Assembly: GCA_964449155.1 (NCBI GenBank)
Contig: CAYVBP010000002.1
Coordinates: forward strand, 334 to 64,333
Length of the DNA: 64,000 nt
Source of the DNA: an uncultured Rhodospirillaceae bacterium
Lineage (GTDB): Bacteria; Pseudomonadota; Alphaproteobacteria; UBA9219
Direction of reading: 5' to 3'
Shown here: one piece after another, positions 18,754-29,924 of the stretch
Layout: each line of letters begins with the position of its first letter
How positions within the stretch are numbered: position 1 is the first letter of the stretch
Position numbers and translations under genes: made by a program
The notes under the pieces: model-generated
What the model was told of the DNA's origin: nothing
Database searches by the model: none
Seen by the model: the letters and a program-made list of their open reading frames with translations, nothing else

Positions 18754-21498
18754 ATGATCCCTTCTCTCGTCCGCAAACTATTTGGTTCCCATAATGATCG
18801 TCTTTTAAGCGCGCAGACGCCGATTATTGCGCGGATTAATGCGCTCGAGCCGCAATTCAAGGCTTTGTCTGACGAAGAGCTTCGTGCCAAGACAACGGAG
18901 TTTCGCGATCGCTTTGCTAAGGGGGAAACCCTCGACGATCTTTTGCCCGAGGCCTTTGCGACAGCGCGTGAGGCTGCATGGCGCGTGCTGGGTCAGCGGC
19001 CATTCGACGTTCAGCTGCGCGGCGGCATCGTTCTTCATCAGGGAAGAATTTCGGAAATGCGTACGGGCGAAGGCAAAACGCTTGTTGCTGTATTGCCGAG
19101 TTATTTAAACGGATTGACGGGGAGGGGCGTTCATATTGTTACCGTCAACGATTATTTAGCCAAGCGCGATAGCGAATGGATGGGCCGGATTCACAATTTT
19201 TTAGGCCTAACGGTCGGGTGCATCGTTCACGGGCTCGAAGATCACGAGCGCAAGGCGGCTTACGGTGCCGACATCACATACGGTACAAATAACGAATTTG
19301 GGTTTGATTATTTGCGCGATAATATGAAGTTCGCGCAGGAAGACCTTGTTCAGCGCCCCTTTAATTATGCGATTGTCGACGAAGTTGATAGCATTCTTAT
19401 CGACGAGGCGCGCACGCCGCTTATTATCTCCGGGCCAGCGGAGGATTCGTCGGAATTGTATATTAAAACCGACGCGATTATCCCGATGCTTGCCGAGACC
19501 GATTACGAAAAAGACGAAAAAGCAAAGACCGTTGTTTTGACCGAGATCGGAAATGAAAACATCGAACGCCTTTTGGGCGAGGCCGGGCTTCTTGCGCCAA
19601 ACTCTGTGGGCCTTTACGATCCCGCCAACGTCACGATCGTTCATCATGTAACTCAGGCTTTGCGCGCGCATAAGATGTTTGCGCGCGATGTGGATTACAT
19701 CGTCAAAAACGATAAGGTCATTATTATCGACGAATTTACGGGCCGCATGATGGAAGGCCGCCGTTATTCTGACGGCTTGCATCAGGCTCTTGAGGCCAAA
19801 GAACACGTTACGATTCAGCGCGAAAACCAAACGCTTGCGAGCATCACGTTCCAGAATTATTTCCGCCTATATCCCAAGCTTTCTGGGATGACTGGCACGG
19901 CCTTGACGGAAGCGGCGGAATTTGCCGAGATCTACAATCTGGAAGTTGTCGAGATTCCCACCAACGTTCCCGCCATTCGCAATGACATGAACGACGAGGT
20001 TTATGGCACGATGGCCGAGAAAATTGACGCCATCGTGAAGTTGATCGAAGAGTGCCGCGCGCGCAAGCAGCCAGTTCTGGTTGGAACGGTTTCCATTGAA
20101 AAATCTGAACATCTTTCCGATATCCTGAAGAAAAAGAAAATTCCGCATAACGTCCTCAACGCGCGCTTTCACGATTCCGAGGCCGCGATTATTGCGCAGG
20201 CTGGGCGTCTTGGCGCTGTGACCATCGCCACAAACATGGCGGGTCGGGGCACGGATATTCAGCTTGGCGGCAACGTCGATGCGTGCCTTGCCGAACTTTC
20301 GGCGGAAGACAGGGCGAATGAAAAGAAAGTCGATGCGCTGCGTCGTGAGATCGACGCGGCTCGCGAGGAAGCGCGCAAGGCGGGCGGTTTGTTCGTGATC
20401 GGCACGGAACGTCATGAGTCGCGCCGTATTGATAATCAGCTGCGCGGACGTTCTGGGCGTCAGGGGGATCCCGGGGCTTCGATATTTTTCCTTTCGCTTG
20501 AAGACGACTTGATGCGAATTTTTGGGGCGCACAATCAAACACAGGCCATTTTGGCAAGGCTGGGATTGCGCGACGGCGAAAAAATTGCGCATCCGTGGAT
20601 TACGACGGCGTTGGCGAAGGCGCAGCAGAAGGTTGAAGAGCGGAATTTTGAAATTCGTAAGAATTTGCTTAAATTTGACAATGTCATGAACGATCAACGC
20701 AAGGTCGTTTATGAACAGCGCCGCGATATCATGGCGGCGGCGGACGTTTCAGACGTCATTCGCGACTTGCGCGAAGAAGTCATTCACGATTTTGTGGCCA
20801 AGGCGATCCCGCCGCATTCCTATGTCGAGCAATGGGATATCTCTGGGTTGCAGGAGCGCGTTCGCGATGTTCTTTCGCTCGATCTCCCGATCGAGGCATG
20901 GGTGGCGGAGAACAGCATTGCTGAGACTGAAATCGAAGATAAGATTAAGAAAGCTGCTGCTGAAAAAATCAAGGAAAAGACGGCAGTTGTTGATGAAGCG
21001 TCGTTACGCCATGCGGAAAAAGCGGCGCTTTTAAGCATTCTTGACCAGGCATGGAAGGAGCATCTGCTCGATCTCGATCAGCTTCGTCAAGGCATTCATC
21101 TTCGCGGATATGGACAGCGCGATCCCTTAAACGAATATAGCCGCGAGGCCTTTGGTTTGTTTGAGCTTATGCTGATTTCCGTCCGCGAAGAGGTGACGAA
21201 GGCCCTCATGCATGCCGGAATGAATCTTCCTTCCATTGAAGAAATGCTCGAACGTCAACGCGAGGCTGCCTTGATGGAGGAACTTAGTGGCGATGCTGCC
21301 GCAGCCTCTTTTGGCGGAGAGTCATTGCCGGACGGGATGGTTTTGGCTTCGGGGGCGCGTCGATCCGCCGCAATGTCTTTTCCGCGAGGCGTTGTCGATC
21401 CAGCAAATCCCGAGACATGGGGCAATACGCCGCGCAATGCGCCCTGCCCTTGCGGATCGGGGAAAAAATACAAGCACTGCCACGGTTCGGTTCGCTGA
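18754..21498 (+). CDS. secA: Preprotein translocase ATPase SecA
   Basis: N-terminus [22 protein letters not shown]-like motor motifs ([20 protein letters not shown]) and the C-terminal zinc finger [14 protein letters not shown]; 914 aa. Confidence 0.95.
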   Translation: MIPSLVRKLFGSHNDRLLSAQTPIIARINALEPQFKALSDEELRAKTTEFRDRFAKGETLDDLLPEAFATAREAAWRVLGQRPFDVQLRGGIVLHQGRISEMRTGEGKTLVAVLPSYLNGLTGRGVHIVTVNDYLAKRDSEWMGRIHNFLGLTVGCIVHGLEDHERKAAYGADITYGTNNEFGFDYLRDNMKFAQEDLVQRPFNYAIVDEVDSILIDEARTPLIISGPAEDSSELYIKTDAIIPMLAETDYEKDEKAKTVVLTEIGNENIERLLGEAGLLAPNSVGLYDPANVTIVHHVTQALRAHKMFARDVDYIVKNDKVIIIDEFTGRMMEGRRYSDGLHQALEAKEHVTIQRENQTLASITFQNYFRLYPKLSGMTGTALTEAAEFAEIYNLEVVEIPTNVPAIRNDMNDEVYGTMAEKIDAIVKLIEECRARKQPVLVGTVSIEKSEHLSDILKKKKIPHNVLNARFHDSEAAIIAQAGRLGAVTIATNMAGRGTDIQLGGNVDACLAELSAEDRANEKKVDALRREIDAAREEARKAGGLFVIGTERHESRRIDNQLRGRSGRQGDPGASIFFLSLEDDLMRIFGAHNQTQAILARLGLRDGEKIAHPWITTALAKAQQKVEERNFEIRKNLLKFDNVMNDQRKVVYEQRRDIMAAADVSDVIRDLREEVIHDFVAKAIPPHSYVEQWDISGLQERVRDVLSLDLPIEAWVAENSIAETEIEDKIKKAAAEKIKEKTAVVDEASLRHAEKAALLSILDQAWKEHLLDLDQLRQGIHLRGYGQRDPLNEYSREAFGLFELMLISVREEVTKALMHAGMNLPSIEEMLERQREAALMEELSGDAAAASFGGESLPDGMVLASGARRSAAMSFPRGVVDPANPETWGNTPRNAPCPCGSGKKYKHCHGSVR

Positions 21499-21589
21499 TC
21501 GAGCTAACCGCCTAAGGCCTGACTATTTTGGAGCTTTCCCGTTTTTCGCCTTTCCAAAGTTTATGTAAAGACGAAAGGGTGTTTGGCCG

Positions 21590-22315
21590 TTAAGCTGTTT
21601 TGGCTGTAGCGTTGCTGCGTGCCGCTGTGTCCGCACCTTGTTGCGGATCGCGCAGAACATATCCGCGCCCCCAGACGGTTTCAATATAGTTGTCGCCGCC
21701 TGCGGCCGTCGCAAGCTTTTTACGCAGTTTGCAAACGAACACGTCGATAATTTTCAGTTCTGGCTCGTCCATGCCGCCGTAAAGATGGTTAAGAAACATT
21801 TCCTTGGTCAGGGTTGTTCCCTTGCGCAGGGAAAGGAGCTCAAGAATGCCGTATTCCTTTCCGGTCAAATGCAGCGGAACACCGTCGACTTCGACTGTGC
21901 GCGTGTCGAGGTTAACGACCAGCTTGCCTGTGCGGATGACGCTGTCGGAATGGCCCTTGCTCCGGCGAATGATCGCATGAATGCGGGCGATTAACTCGCG
22001 CCGATCGAATGGCTTGGTTAAATAGTCGTCGGCACCGAAGCCGAGACCCTTGATCTTGTTATCGAGTTCCGAAAGTCCCGACAGGATAAGAATGGGCGTC
22101 GTGACACGTGCGGCCCGCAGACGACGCAAGACTTCGTAACCATCAATATCGGGCAACATCAAATCGAGAATGATGATGTCGTAATCGTAAATTTTTCCTA
22201 TTTCCAACCCATCTTCGCCCAGATCGGTTGCGTCGACGATAAAGCCTTCCGCCTGCAACATAAGTTCGATGCTTTTGGCAACCGAGGTATCGTCTTCGAC
22301 CAGCAGAACGCGCAT
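21590..22315 (-). CDS. ctrA: Cell-cycle response regulator CtrA (OmpR family)
   Basis: MRVLLVEDD...[50 protein letters not shown] closely matches the alphaproteobacterial CtrA receiver domain. A winged-helix C-terminus follows. Confidence 0.85.
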   Translation of the reverse strand: MRVLLVEDDTSVAKSIELMLQAEGFIVDATDLGEDGLEIGKIYDYDIIILDLMLPDIDGYEVLRRLRAARVTTPILILSGLSELDNKIKGLGFGADDYLTKPFDRRELIARIHAIIRRSKGHSDSVIRTGKLVVNLDTRTVEVDGVPLHLTGKEYGILELLSLRKGTTLTKEMFLNHLYGGMDEPELKIIDVFVCKLRKKLATAAGGDNYIETVWGRGYVLRDPQQGADTAARSNATAKTA

Positions 22316-22488
22316 AGTTTTGCCTCACATTGGTTAACGGCCAAAGTTAATATCCGGGCACTCTAACACAGAACTTAACCAATAGTAAGCTTTATTAACG
22401 ATAAGGGTTGTGTGTCAATAGTCATTTATATTCAGGAGGTTAGCGTGTTCTGTTTCATAAAATGAAAAAACTTAATTGAATACATGCT

Positions 22489-24663
22489 CTATTTTCTGTC
22501 TTTCGAACCAGTTGAGCCGACGTGTGTTTTTTTGATTTGGGTGACTGTTGGGAACGGTATTTCGATATTCTCTTCGTCGAAGCGGAGTTTGATTCGAAGC
22601 AAGAGAGCGCGCCGGATTTCCCATTGCTTTCCGGGGCGTGCGCGCATGCGAACGCGTACAGAAATTGACGAAGCGCCAAGTTCCTGCACGCCCAATACTT
22701 CAATGGGCTCAAGAATGTGTTGTCTTAATGCCGGGTCTTCCCGGATTTCTTCCCCAATTTTCGACAGGACGCGCATGACATGTTTAAGGTCGCTGTCATA
22801 CGCGACACCGACATCGATCAGGGCGTATGCAAAATCCCGTGTCCTATTGGAAATTTTCGAGACTTCGCTGAATGGTAAAATGTGCAAAGATCCGTCGACA
22901 TCGCGCAGACGAATCGCGCGGAAGCTTAGCGTTTCGACGGTGCCTTCGAAGGTGTCAATTTTAACGACGTCTCCGACGGCAATTGTGTTTTCGGCAACAA
23001 TAAAAAGACCGGTAAGAAAGTCTTTAACAAGCGTTTGGGAACCAAAGCCGATGGCAACACCGACAACGCCGGCACCAGCCAGTAAAGGCGCAATATTGAC
23101 CCCGATGACCGAAAGGGAAATTAGAACTGCCAACAACGAAAAAAGAACGAAAATCGATGTGCGCACCATCGGCAACAGAGTCCGCGCCCGAGCCGAGGCG
23201 ACCGGTGTTTTGCTGATTTTGTCTTGTCGATTCAAATAACGCTCTACGGCATTGTGGAATAACTCGTAAAGAACCGTCAGAACCGATAGCGTGATCGCGA
23301 TGGAAAGCGCCTCTCCCAAAAGGCGTTGTCCGGATGGCGAGGAAAAGTATCCGCCAATATTTACGCCCCATGTTGCCCCGATTCCCAAAAGGGCGCAGAC
23401 CCAAATTGCAGGTTTTAAAACAAACGACAAAACCTGACGGTGAAGAAGCGCGGATTTGTTGGGTAGAGGCGTTTTCCATTTTTCGATTAAAACGAAACCA
23501 AAATATACCGCGACAAGAATGACGACGCTAAAAACCGTTCCGCGCAGCATAAGGGAAAGGCTGTTGTTGCCGACAAAGGTGACGAGCAAACTAATTACGA
23601 TATATACGATTGCCAACCCATGCCAGTGCCGCGATAGCCACAGGCGCATTGCTTGAATCGGGTTGGGCGGGTCATCAAAATTTTGGCCTCGCAAAACGTT
23701 TGCAACGCGCGAGCGCGCCTTGAAGACGACAATACCGGCTATCGAGGCCAGAACGGCGGCGCAGAAGTTCTGGAAAGCGACAATTACGCTTTGTGGCGCG
23801 CGCATTGCGGTCGCAATGTCGATCAAAAAATAGGCATAAACGATGATAATGCAAAACGCGCTGGACCAACGGAAGCCGGAAACGGCTTCTTCTGTTGACA
23901 AAGGAAGCGTTCGCAAATGCGGCGTTGTCGGAGAAAAAAAGGCCCTTAGGATCTGCTGGGCGGCAAAGGCGATGGAAATGGCATAGATAACATCCGAGAC
24001 AACGAACAAGGGCAGTTTATGTGTTTCGTTTTGTTCTAAAAGGAGCAAGGACGATCCAAGGAAGATTAACACCGGAATCAGACGTAAGAAAAGTAAGCTG
24101 CCAATCAACCCTATGCGGCCGAGCATCGTTCGGGGTTTGTTGCGCTTAACCCGTAAGCGTAAAGGGATAAGGAAAAGGATAAAGGCGATGCCGGCAAGCA
24201 GAGGGGGGGCGACCGATCCCAGCAAATTGGTGCCGATCAAGTTCCATGATGCTGCACGGCGCGAATCCGTTTGTTGGAGTTTAAACCAATCGAGCGCATC
24301 TGGAACAAACGATGCGCGGGCATCGAATATTGACTTAAGTTCCGTAACGACATCCATGGCCTTTCCGACGCTTGCTAGCGTTCGGGTGACGAACGTATCC
24401 GCAATCTGTCCGGAAAATTCATCGATGTTTTCGGGCGCGGCCGTTGGTGCGGGCTGGTTTGATGTGATGCCGACAAGGGTTTCGAGCGTTTGCCCCAACT
24501 GAGAGGCGAGCGGTTGCCGTGGAGGTTCTGTCACGACCGGCGTTGAGATGGCTTGGGCTTCGGAAGCTGCGGTGGCGGACTGTTTTGCCAGGGCCGAACA
24601 GCAAAAAACAAGAAGGCATCCGATAACAAAAAAACGGAAAAGCCATTCATGCGATTTTCTCAT
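22489..24663 (-). CDS. MscK/KefA-like large mechanosensitive channel (MscS family) with signal peptide
   Basis: 724 aa with an N-terminal signal peptide, a periplasmic domain and multiple TM helices. The MscS pore motif is LAGAGVVGVAIGFGSQTLVKDFLTGLFIVAE. Confidence 0.8.
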   Translation of the reverse strand: MRKSHEWLFRFFVIGCLLVFCCSALAKQSATAASEAQAISTPVVTEPPRQPLASQLGQTLETLVGITSNQPAPTAAPENIDEFSGQIADTFVTRTLASVGKAMDVVTELKSIFDARASFVPDALDWFKLQQTDSRRAASWNLIGTNLLGSVAPPLLAGIAFILFLIPLRLRVKRNKPRTMLGRIGLIGSLLFLRLIPVLIFLGSSLLLLEQNETHKLPLFVVSDVIYAISIAFAAQQILRAFFSPTTPHLRTLPLSTEEAVSGFRWSSAFCIIIVYAYFLIDIATAMRAPQSVIVAFQNFCAAVLASIAGIVVFKARSRVANVLRGQNFDDPPNPIQAMRLWLSRHWHGLAIVYIVISLLVTFVGNNSLSLMLRGTVFSVVILVAVYFGFVLIEKWKTPLPNKSALLHRQVLSFVLKPAIWVCALLGIGATWGVNIGGYFSSPSGQRLLGEALSIAITLSVLTVLYELFHNAVERYLNRQDKISKTPVASARARTLLPMVRTSIFVLFSLLAVLISLSVIGVNIAPLLAGAGVVGVAIGFGSQTLVKDFLTGLFIVAENTIAVGDVVKIDTFEGTVETLSFRAIRLRDVDGSLHILPFSEVSKISNRTRDFAYALIDVGVAYDSDLKHVMRVLSKIGEEIREDPALRQHILEPIEVLGVQELGASSISVRVRMRARPGKQWEIRRALLLRIKLRFDEENIEIPFPTVTQIKKTHVGSTGSKDRK

Positions 24664-25136
24664 AACTATGCCCCGCGAAAAGAATGCCTATAGAAATGTG
24701 CTAGGAAGCAACAAATCCATACCAGCGATCAGCGTACCTCAGGTCGTTTTGACATTCAAATAATCTCGGGCGGTAACGTGGCCAGATTGAAAGGAGAAAA
24801 TTTCTTCGGCGGTTTGCTGCGAAGACCCCGATTTTTGAAGGCCAAGTAAATTTTTCTTGTTGGTATTTTATTCCTCGCCGCCGATGTGCGGCACTACTTG
24901 GCTTAACCTTTCGTTAACACACAAGGCTGCACGAAAGAGAAAATTCATTTTCATAAGCGGCGGAAACACCTTGTTTGCTGCGTTAAGCCGAAAGAATCGC
25001 TTTTCTTGTCACACCAAGATACAAGAAAGGCCTGCGGCGAAATTCCTGTGTTGCTCTGCTCTCTTTTTTCAATATAGTATTCACGAATCAGTGCAATCTG
25101 CGAATCACCATCCGGTTTTTCACAAAGAGAAATCAA

Positions 25137-26129
25137 ATGCCAACCAGAACCTTTTCCGCCCTGTGTGGAGCCGCAACGCTGGCTGTTGGGTTTGCCCTTT
25201 GGGCACCGCCCGTTCAGGCAGGATTTCAATGGAGCGAACCGAAGGAAAGTTCGGCATATCTTGGCTCTGCCTCTCAAGATATATCGGTCTCTCCGGGCAT
25301 CGTGAGCGGTCCCGAGGGCGTTTCGCCCGTCATTTCGGGCGCTCCCGTTTATCCAAGCGCGCCGTCACTTTCTTCTGTTGGAGGGGCCAGAGATAAATAC
25401 GATCTTGCGACGGAAACAATCAGTATGTCGCCCGTATTGGCGTCGCCGCTCGGTGCTCCTGGCGCACCTCCGGTTGGCGGAGAAGTTGTTCAGGGATTTG
25501 CGACACGCGTTCCGTTGGCGCTTGCGTTGCGCCAGATTTTGCCGGGAAATTATAATTTTTCCCTCGATCCGGGAATCGATGCGAATACGCTTGTTTCGTA
25601 CAAGGGTGGGCGTCCGTGGGGCGAGACGCTTAAGGGCATGTTGTCGTCGGTCGGACTGGATTATCGTTTGGCTGGGACGGTCGTGACCGTTGCCCATGCA
25701 TCGGTGGCACCGCCGACGGTGGATGCGCTTCCTGCGCCGGGGCAATCGCCTTCTTTGCAGGTTCAGCCGTTGCGGTATATGCAGCCGACGGCCTTGCCAA
25801 GGGTTAGGGACGCTCAGGTTGTGACGGCGTCTCCTGAAAAGGGGGCGGTTAATACAGAAGGGTGGTCCGCCAACCGGGGAGAAACGTTGCGCAAGGTTTT
25901 GTCAAATTGGTGCAGTCGCGCCGGGGTCGAATTGAAGTGGCTGTCTGAATATGACTATCCGATCGAAGCGTCTGCGCACTTTAGCGGCGGATTCGAGGAG
26001 GCCGTTCGCAGTCTTTTTTCTGGCTTCGACAGCGCTCGGCCTCAACCGATAGGTGAGCTTCATGTCAATCCTCGTGCCGGACAAGATGTTCTGGTTGTTC
26101 AAGCGCGCGGCAACAGTTACACGAATTAA
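25137..26129 (+). CDS. TcpQ/PilL-like periplasmic pilus-biogenesis protein
   Basis: Signal peptide followed by Pro/Ser-rich repeats. The C-terminal block ETLRKVLSNWCSRAGVELKW.SEYDYPIEASAHFSGGFEEAVRSLF resembles the TcpQ/PilL family of type IVb and ICE pilus operons. It sits directly upstream of the secretin. Confidence 0.45.
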   Translation: MPTRTFSALCGAATLAVGFALWAPPVQAGFQWSEPKESSAYLGSASQDISVSPGIVSGPEGVSPVISGAPVYPSAPSLSSVGGARDKYDLATETISMSPVLASPLGAPGAPPVGGEVVQGFATRVPLALALRQILPGNYNFSLDPGIDANTLVSYKGGRPWGETLKGMLSSVGLDYRLAGTVVTVAHASVAPPTVDALPAPGQSPSLQVQPLRYMQPTALPRVRDAQVVTASPEKGAVNTEGWSANRGETLRKVLSNWCSRAGVELKWLSEYDYPIEASAHFSGGFEEAVRSLFSGFDSARPQPIGELHVNPRAGQDVLVVQARGNSYTN

Positions 26130-26142
26130 CGGAGACTTAGGG

Positions 26143-27810
26143 ATGGCACGGACTTGGATTGCTTACGCTATTATTGCAAGCCTCTGCACGTCGTTGATGG
26201 CCTGCGATCAATCGGAAAAGATGCGGCGCACCATAGACCAAAGAGCGACTGAGGCCCAGCAGGCCTTGGCCTCGGCGGCAAAAACGGTCAATCCGGTTCC
26301 CTACGACCCACTGACGGTTACAAACAAGATTTGGAATGGCAGCACGGCTCACAGGATGCAGCGTGGCATGCCCTTGCCGTCGAAATATGAAGATTCTCGC
26401 GGCGTGACCCTTGTTTCGTCAGAGCCTATGTCGATAACCGAGCTGTCCAATGCCGTTAGCGCTCAGACTGGGATTCCGATCCGGTTGTTTGCGTTGGCGC
26501 TTACCTCGGGAAAGCCGACGTCGCCGATCGCTTCGCGTGGGCAGACGTCGTCGAACGATCTTGAAATGCCGGTTTCTTACGAGGGCCCTTTGTCGGGACT
26601 TCTTGACCGCATGAGCGCTTTTTTTGGAACCAGCTGGAGATACGACGGCGCAACGATCTCGATTTCGCGCTATGAAACGCGCGTTTTCGTTGTTGAGGCT
26701 TTGCCGGGAACGCAGGAAATAAACGAAGGTATGCAAGACGATCAGTCGGCAAGTTCGGGCGGTAGCACGAGCTCCTCGAGCAGTTCGGGAAGCGCCACAG
26801 CAACGACGACACAGGTCAACACGTTGACCCAAAACTCAAAGACGACGGTGACCCTCAAATATTGGGACGAATTGAAGGAAGTGATCAATTCAATCGTGGG
26901 TCAACAAGGCGGTGCCGTTATATCGCCGACGATGGGGACCGTTACTGTTACGACAACTCCAGACGTTATGGCGACCGTTGCCGAATATTTGGCTAAAGAA
27001 AACAAAAGGCTGTCGCGTCAGATTGCGATCAATGTTCAAATCTACAGCGTGACTTTAAATCAAAGCGAAGATTTCGGCGTTGCATTTACGGGCTTTCTTA
27101 AAAACCTGTCATCGTTTTCCGGTTTCTCTTACGACTCGGCTGGCGTTCCCGGCTTTACCAATTCGGGGTTGAGCAGAACAAGTCTTGGTACGCTTGGCGT
27201 TGCCATTATCAACGGACCAAACGATCCGACGATGCATGCCGGGGATGTTTTGACAGCGCTTTCGGCGATAGGCGATGCCAGCGAGGTTGCTCAATTTCCT
27301 ATGACGACGCTCAACAACCATCCGGTGTCGCGACGCGTGGGCAAGGACAGGTCGTACATCGCGACGATCAACAGCAGCACGACGACGTCCTCGGGAACGG
27401 GGTCCGTTCTTTGGACGCCTGTTATTCAGACAATTCACGATGGCTTTTCTCTTCAGTTGACGCCGCGTCTGCTTGACGATGGCCGCATGCTTTTGCAGTA
27501 TTCGCTTAGTTTGATCGGCCTTGAATCGAGAAATACGACAAGCTTTGATACTGGAGATTTGGTTATTCCTCTTGATTTGCCGATCACCGACAACAGGATA
27601 TTCGTCCAGCAGTCAATGTTGCGCAGCGGCCAGACTCTTATCATCGGCGGCGTCGATCAGGAAACGATTACGCAAAACAAGCAAGGGGTTGGGGATCCTG
27701 ACAACTTTCTGTTAGGCGGCGGAACGTCCAGTAACAACAACCGCCTCATGTTGTTTATGGCCATTACGCCACAAGTTATGGATGTAGGGGCTACCGAGGA
27801 GCGCACCTAA
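26143..27810 (+). CDS. Secretin, lipoprotein type (BfpB/TcpC/PilN(R64)-like)
   Basis: A lipobox-like signal MARTWIAYAIIASLCTSLMAC, a Ser/Thr-rich linker and a C-terminal secretin-like domain (ITDNRIFVQQSMLRSGQTLIIGG...NFLLGGGTSSNNNRLMLFMAITPQV). Confidence 0.65.
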   Translation: MARTWIAYAIIASLCTSLMACDQSEKMRRTIDQRATEAQQALASAAKTVNPVPYDPLTVTNKIWNGSTAHRMQRGMPLPSKYEDSRGVTLVSSEPMSITELSNAVSAQTGIPIRLFALALTSGKPTSPIASRGQTSSNDLEMPVSYEGPLSGLLDRMSAFFGTSWRYDGATISISRYETRVFVVEALPGTQEINEGMQDDQSASSGGSTSSSSSSGSATATTTQVNTLTQNSKTTVTLKYWDELKEVINSIVGQQGGAVISPTMGTVTVTTTPDVMATVAEYLAKENKRLSRQIAINVQIYSVTLNQSEDFGVAFTGFLKNLSSFSGFSYDSAGVPGFTNSGLSRTSLGTLGVAIINGPNDPTMHAGDVLTALSAIGDASEVAQFPMTTLNNHPVSRRVGKDRSYIATINSSTTTSSGTGSVLWTPVIQTIHDGFSLQLTPRLLDDGRMLLQYSLSLIGLESRNTTSFDTGDLVIPLDLPITDNRIFVQQSMLRSGQTLIIGGVDQETITQNKQGVGDPDNFLLGGGTSSNNNRLMLFMAITPQVMDVGATEERT

Positions 27811-29060
27811 TGCCCGCTGGCGTCGTCACCGTTGGTCGCCACCGCTATGCCGTAGGTTTATATTGGGAAAACAGCCCCGGCAGAGGACGTGTCGCGCAAA
27901 TAGCAAAAGAAGCGGCGGAACAGCCGGGCCAGCAAGCTGACTTTTACGTCGTGCGCCCGGGAAGCAAGGACGGCCGAGTTCCTCAGTTTGGTCTTTGTTC
28001 GGGCGAAGCGGGGCAAGCACCGGGAATGCCTGTGTTGGCCGCGTGTCTTGCAACTCAGATTATGGGATCTTGGGCGGGGGCTTTTCGTCTTAACGAGGGC
28101 GTTGTCGTCGTTATCGTCCGTGACGATCTCATCGTTCCTGACGGCGATCTTTTCTTTCTTGAGGAAGCTGAGGCTCGTGATCGCCTGATCCAAGAAATAG
28201 GGTTCGGCGGATTGCAGACTGTTTATGCTCCCGAGTCTTGGTCTGTGCCGGGGGCGGATTCGATCCCCCTATCGCTGCTTGTGAACGATCAAATAGATAT
28301 TAAGCTGCAGCGCGTCTCCATGCCCAAAAGGGTTAAGGTTATTGCGGGTTTGGCTGGGGGCCTTTTCGTTCTTGGACTGGGAACCCTCTGGTATTTCGAG
28401 GATAAATTTGAGCAAGAAATGCTAGCAAAGGAAAGAGCGACCCGGCAGCTGGAAAGGGCCTTTGGTCAGCAGGAAATGCCTGAACCAAAATACATAAAGT
28501 ACTGGGAAGAAGCGCCAAACGTTCTTAAAGTTCTTTCCTCTTGTCGTGACGGGTTGTCCCGCGTTCCATCGGAAATATCCGGGTGGAAAATGACGACCGT
28601 TGTTTGCAACAAGGGCGCGAGTTTGACCATATCTTGGCGTCGGTTAAGTGGACAGACGGTTCCGCCTAAAGATTCAAGGGTTGACGTTACTGGGGCGTCT
28701 GCTGTGCAGACCATACCTCTTACGACCATTCCCGCGCGCGGGCCGGAAACGCTTAAGAATATCGATGATATAACAAATCGTTACCTTCTTCAGAATTGGC
28801 CGGGAATAATAGGTCGCGCTGCGGAAGATCCGCCGCCGCCGCCGCCGCCAGACTATAATGGTCCGTGGAATCCTCCGCCGGCACCTTGGGTTAAGCGTTC
28901 CTTTACGCTTAATGTGTCACAATTCCCCGGTGGGCTTCAGGATTACATTGGGGATCTGCCTGGAACCATCATTAATAACATCGTTTATACGCCAGGCTCC
29001 TTGTCTTCGACGTCTTGGCGTGTTGAGGGGGTAATCTATGAAAATCGCAACAAAATGTAA
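27810..29060 (+). CDS. Bitopic pilus-assembly protein (PilO(R64)/BfpC-like)
   Basis: 416 aa with a central TM (VKVIAGLAGGLFVLGLGTLWYF) and a PPPPPPP linker. Its start overlaps the secretin stop (TAATG). The call is by position and topology only. Confidence 0.35.
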   Translation: MPAGVVTVGRHRYAVGLYWENSPGRGRVAQIAKEAAEQPGQQADFYVVRPGSKDGRVPQFGLCSGEAGQAPGMPVLAACLATQIMGSWAGAFRLNEGVVVVIVRDDLIVPDGDLFFLEEAEARDRLIQEIGFGGLQTVYAPESWSVPGADSIPLSLLVNDQIDIKLQRVSMPKRVKVIAGLAGGLFVLGLGTLWYFEDKFEQEMLAKERATRQLERAFGQQEMPEPKYIKYWEEAPNVLKVLSSCRDGLSRVPSEISGWKMTTVVCNKGASLTISWRRLSGQTVPPKDSRVDVTGASAVQTIPLTTIPARGPETLKNIDDITNRYLLQNWPGIIGRAAEDPPPPPPPDYNGPWNPPPAPWVKRSFTLNVSQFPGGLQDYIGDLPGTIINNIVYTPGSLSSTSWRVEGVIYENRNKM

Positions 29061-29844
29061 TGCTTCCCTTCGCGGGGCGAGCACAGCTCTTCGAGTGCCG
29101 CATTTTGCCGCGTTTGCTGTCTGGTTTTCCGTGGTTGCCCTGATTGTCAGCGGATCTGCGCAAGCAGCCGTTCCGGGACAGCCCGTTCTTCCCCCGCCAA
29201 GTGCGGGTGCGGTTCCGTCTGTCGCAATTCCTTCGCCAGAGGCGTCTGATGCTCTTAATCCGCTTGAGATGGGAAAGACCGAAGATCAAAGTATTTCGAA
29301 AGGCATGGCAAAAGCCGAGGATAAGGTTATTGAGAACGCCAAAAATCTTGTGAAAAAGCTTGATACGACATCCGATGAAACGACGCTCGAGGACTTAAAC
29401 AAGGCGCGGCAAACGATCTCGCGGATCGACGCTATGATCGATGTCGAAAAGCGCTTAAGCGAGCTTGAAAAGCTTCGCAACGAGCGTCAGCCGAGAATGC
29501 CGTCGATGCCGCCCACGCTAGCGAGCGCGATACCGGCCAGCGCCCTTGCGATGCCGTCCATTGCGTCGCTACCCTCTCCGGGGATCGGTTCGGATGAACC
29601 GGCAAGAGTTCGCCGTTCGTCGGCGCGGCCTACGCTTACGCGCATTATTGGAACGAACGGAAGGTACTCGGCCGTACTTAAATTTACCGGAGACAACGTT
29701 AAGACAGTTAGAGTCGGCGAAAAAGTTTCTGACGGTGAGACCGTTCAGGCGATAACGCAAACATCGGTTCAAATCGGAGGAAGAGGGACCTCGTACACCC
29801 TTCACGTCAAGAACGTCGATGTTGTTTACAGCGTCGTACGCTGA
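29038..29844 (+). CDS. PilP-like periplasmic pilus-assembly protein
   Basis: Signal peptide, a coiled-coil linker and a C-terminal beta domain (TRIIGTNGRYSAVLKFTGDNVKTVRVGEKVSDGETVQAITQTSVQIGG) resembling PilP. It overlaps the upstream gene by 23 nt. Confidence 0.4.
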   Translation: MKIATKCNASLRGASTALRVPHFAAFAVWFSVVALIVSGSAQAAVPGQPVLPPPSAGAVPSVAIPSPEASDALNPLEMGKTEDQSISKGMAKAEDKVIENAKNLVKKLDTTSDETTLEDLNKARQTISRIDAMIDVEKRLSELEKLRNERQPRMPSMPPTLASAIPASALAMPSIASLPSPGIGSDEPARVRRSSARPTLTRIIGTNGRYSAVLKFTGDNVKTVRVGEKVSDGETVQAITQTSVQIGGRGTSYTLHVKNVDVVYSVVR

Positions 29845-29924
29845 TACGGGAACGAAAGGGCATCGGAGGGAAGGATTCTTAACGATTCCCGAAACTGTTC
29901 TTCTGCTCTCTAGAGGGGTTCCGA

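Noticed and set aside
18746..18795. Short repeat cccataatgatc occurring twice around the secA start
   Set aside because: Both copies are explained by coding sequence (M-I-P... and ...S-H-N-D-R) plus the RBS context. It is too short and imperfect to call a regulatory repeat.
19867..20697. 276-aa ORF antisense to secA
   Set aside because: The sense strand encodes the near-universal SecA motor. The antisense ORF has no support.
22316..22488. Looked for CtrA boxes (TTAA-N7-TTAA) upstream of ctrA
   Set aside because: The TTAAC and GTTAA half-sites present (ttaacggccaaagttaat) are spaced N9, not N7, so there is no convincing full site. Left uncalled.
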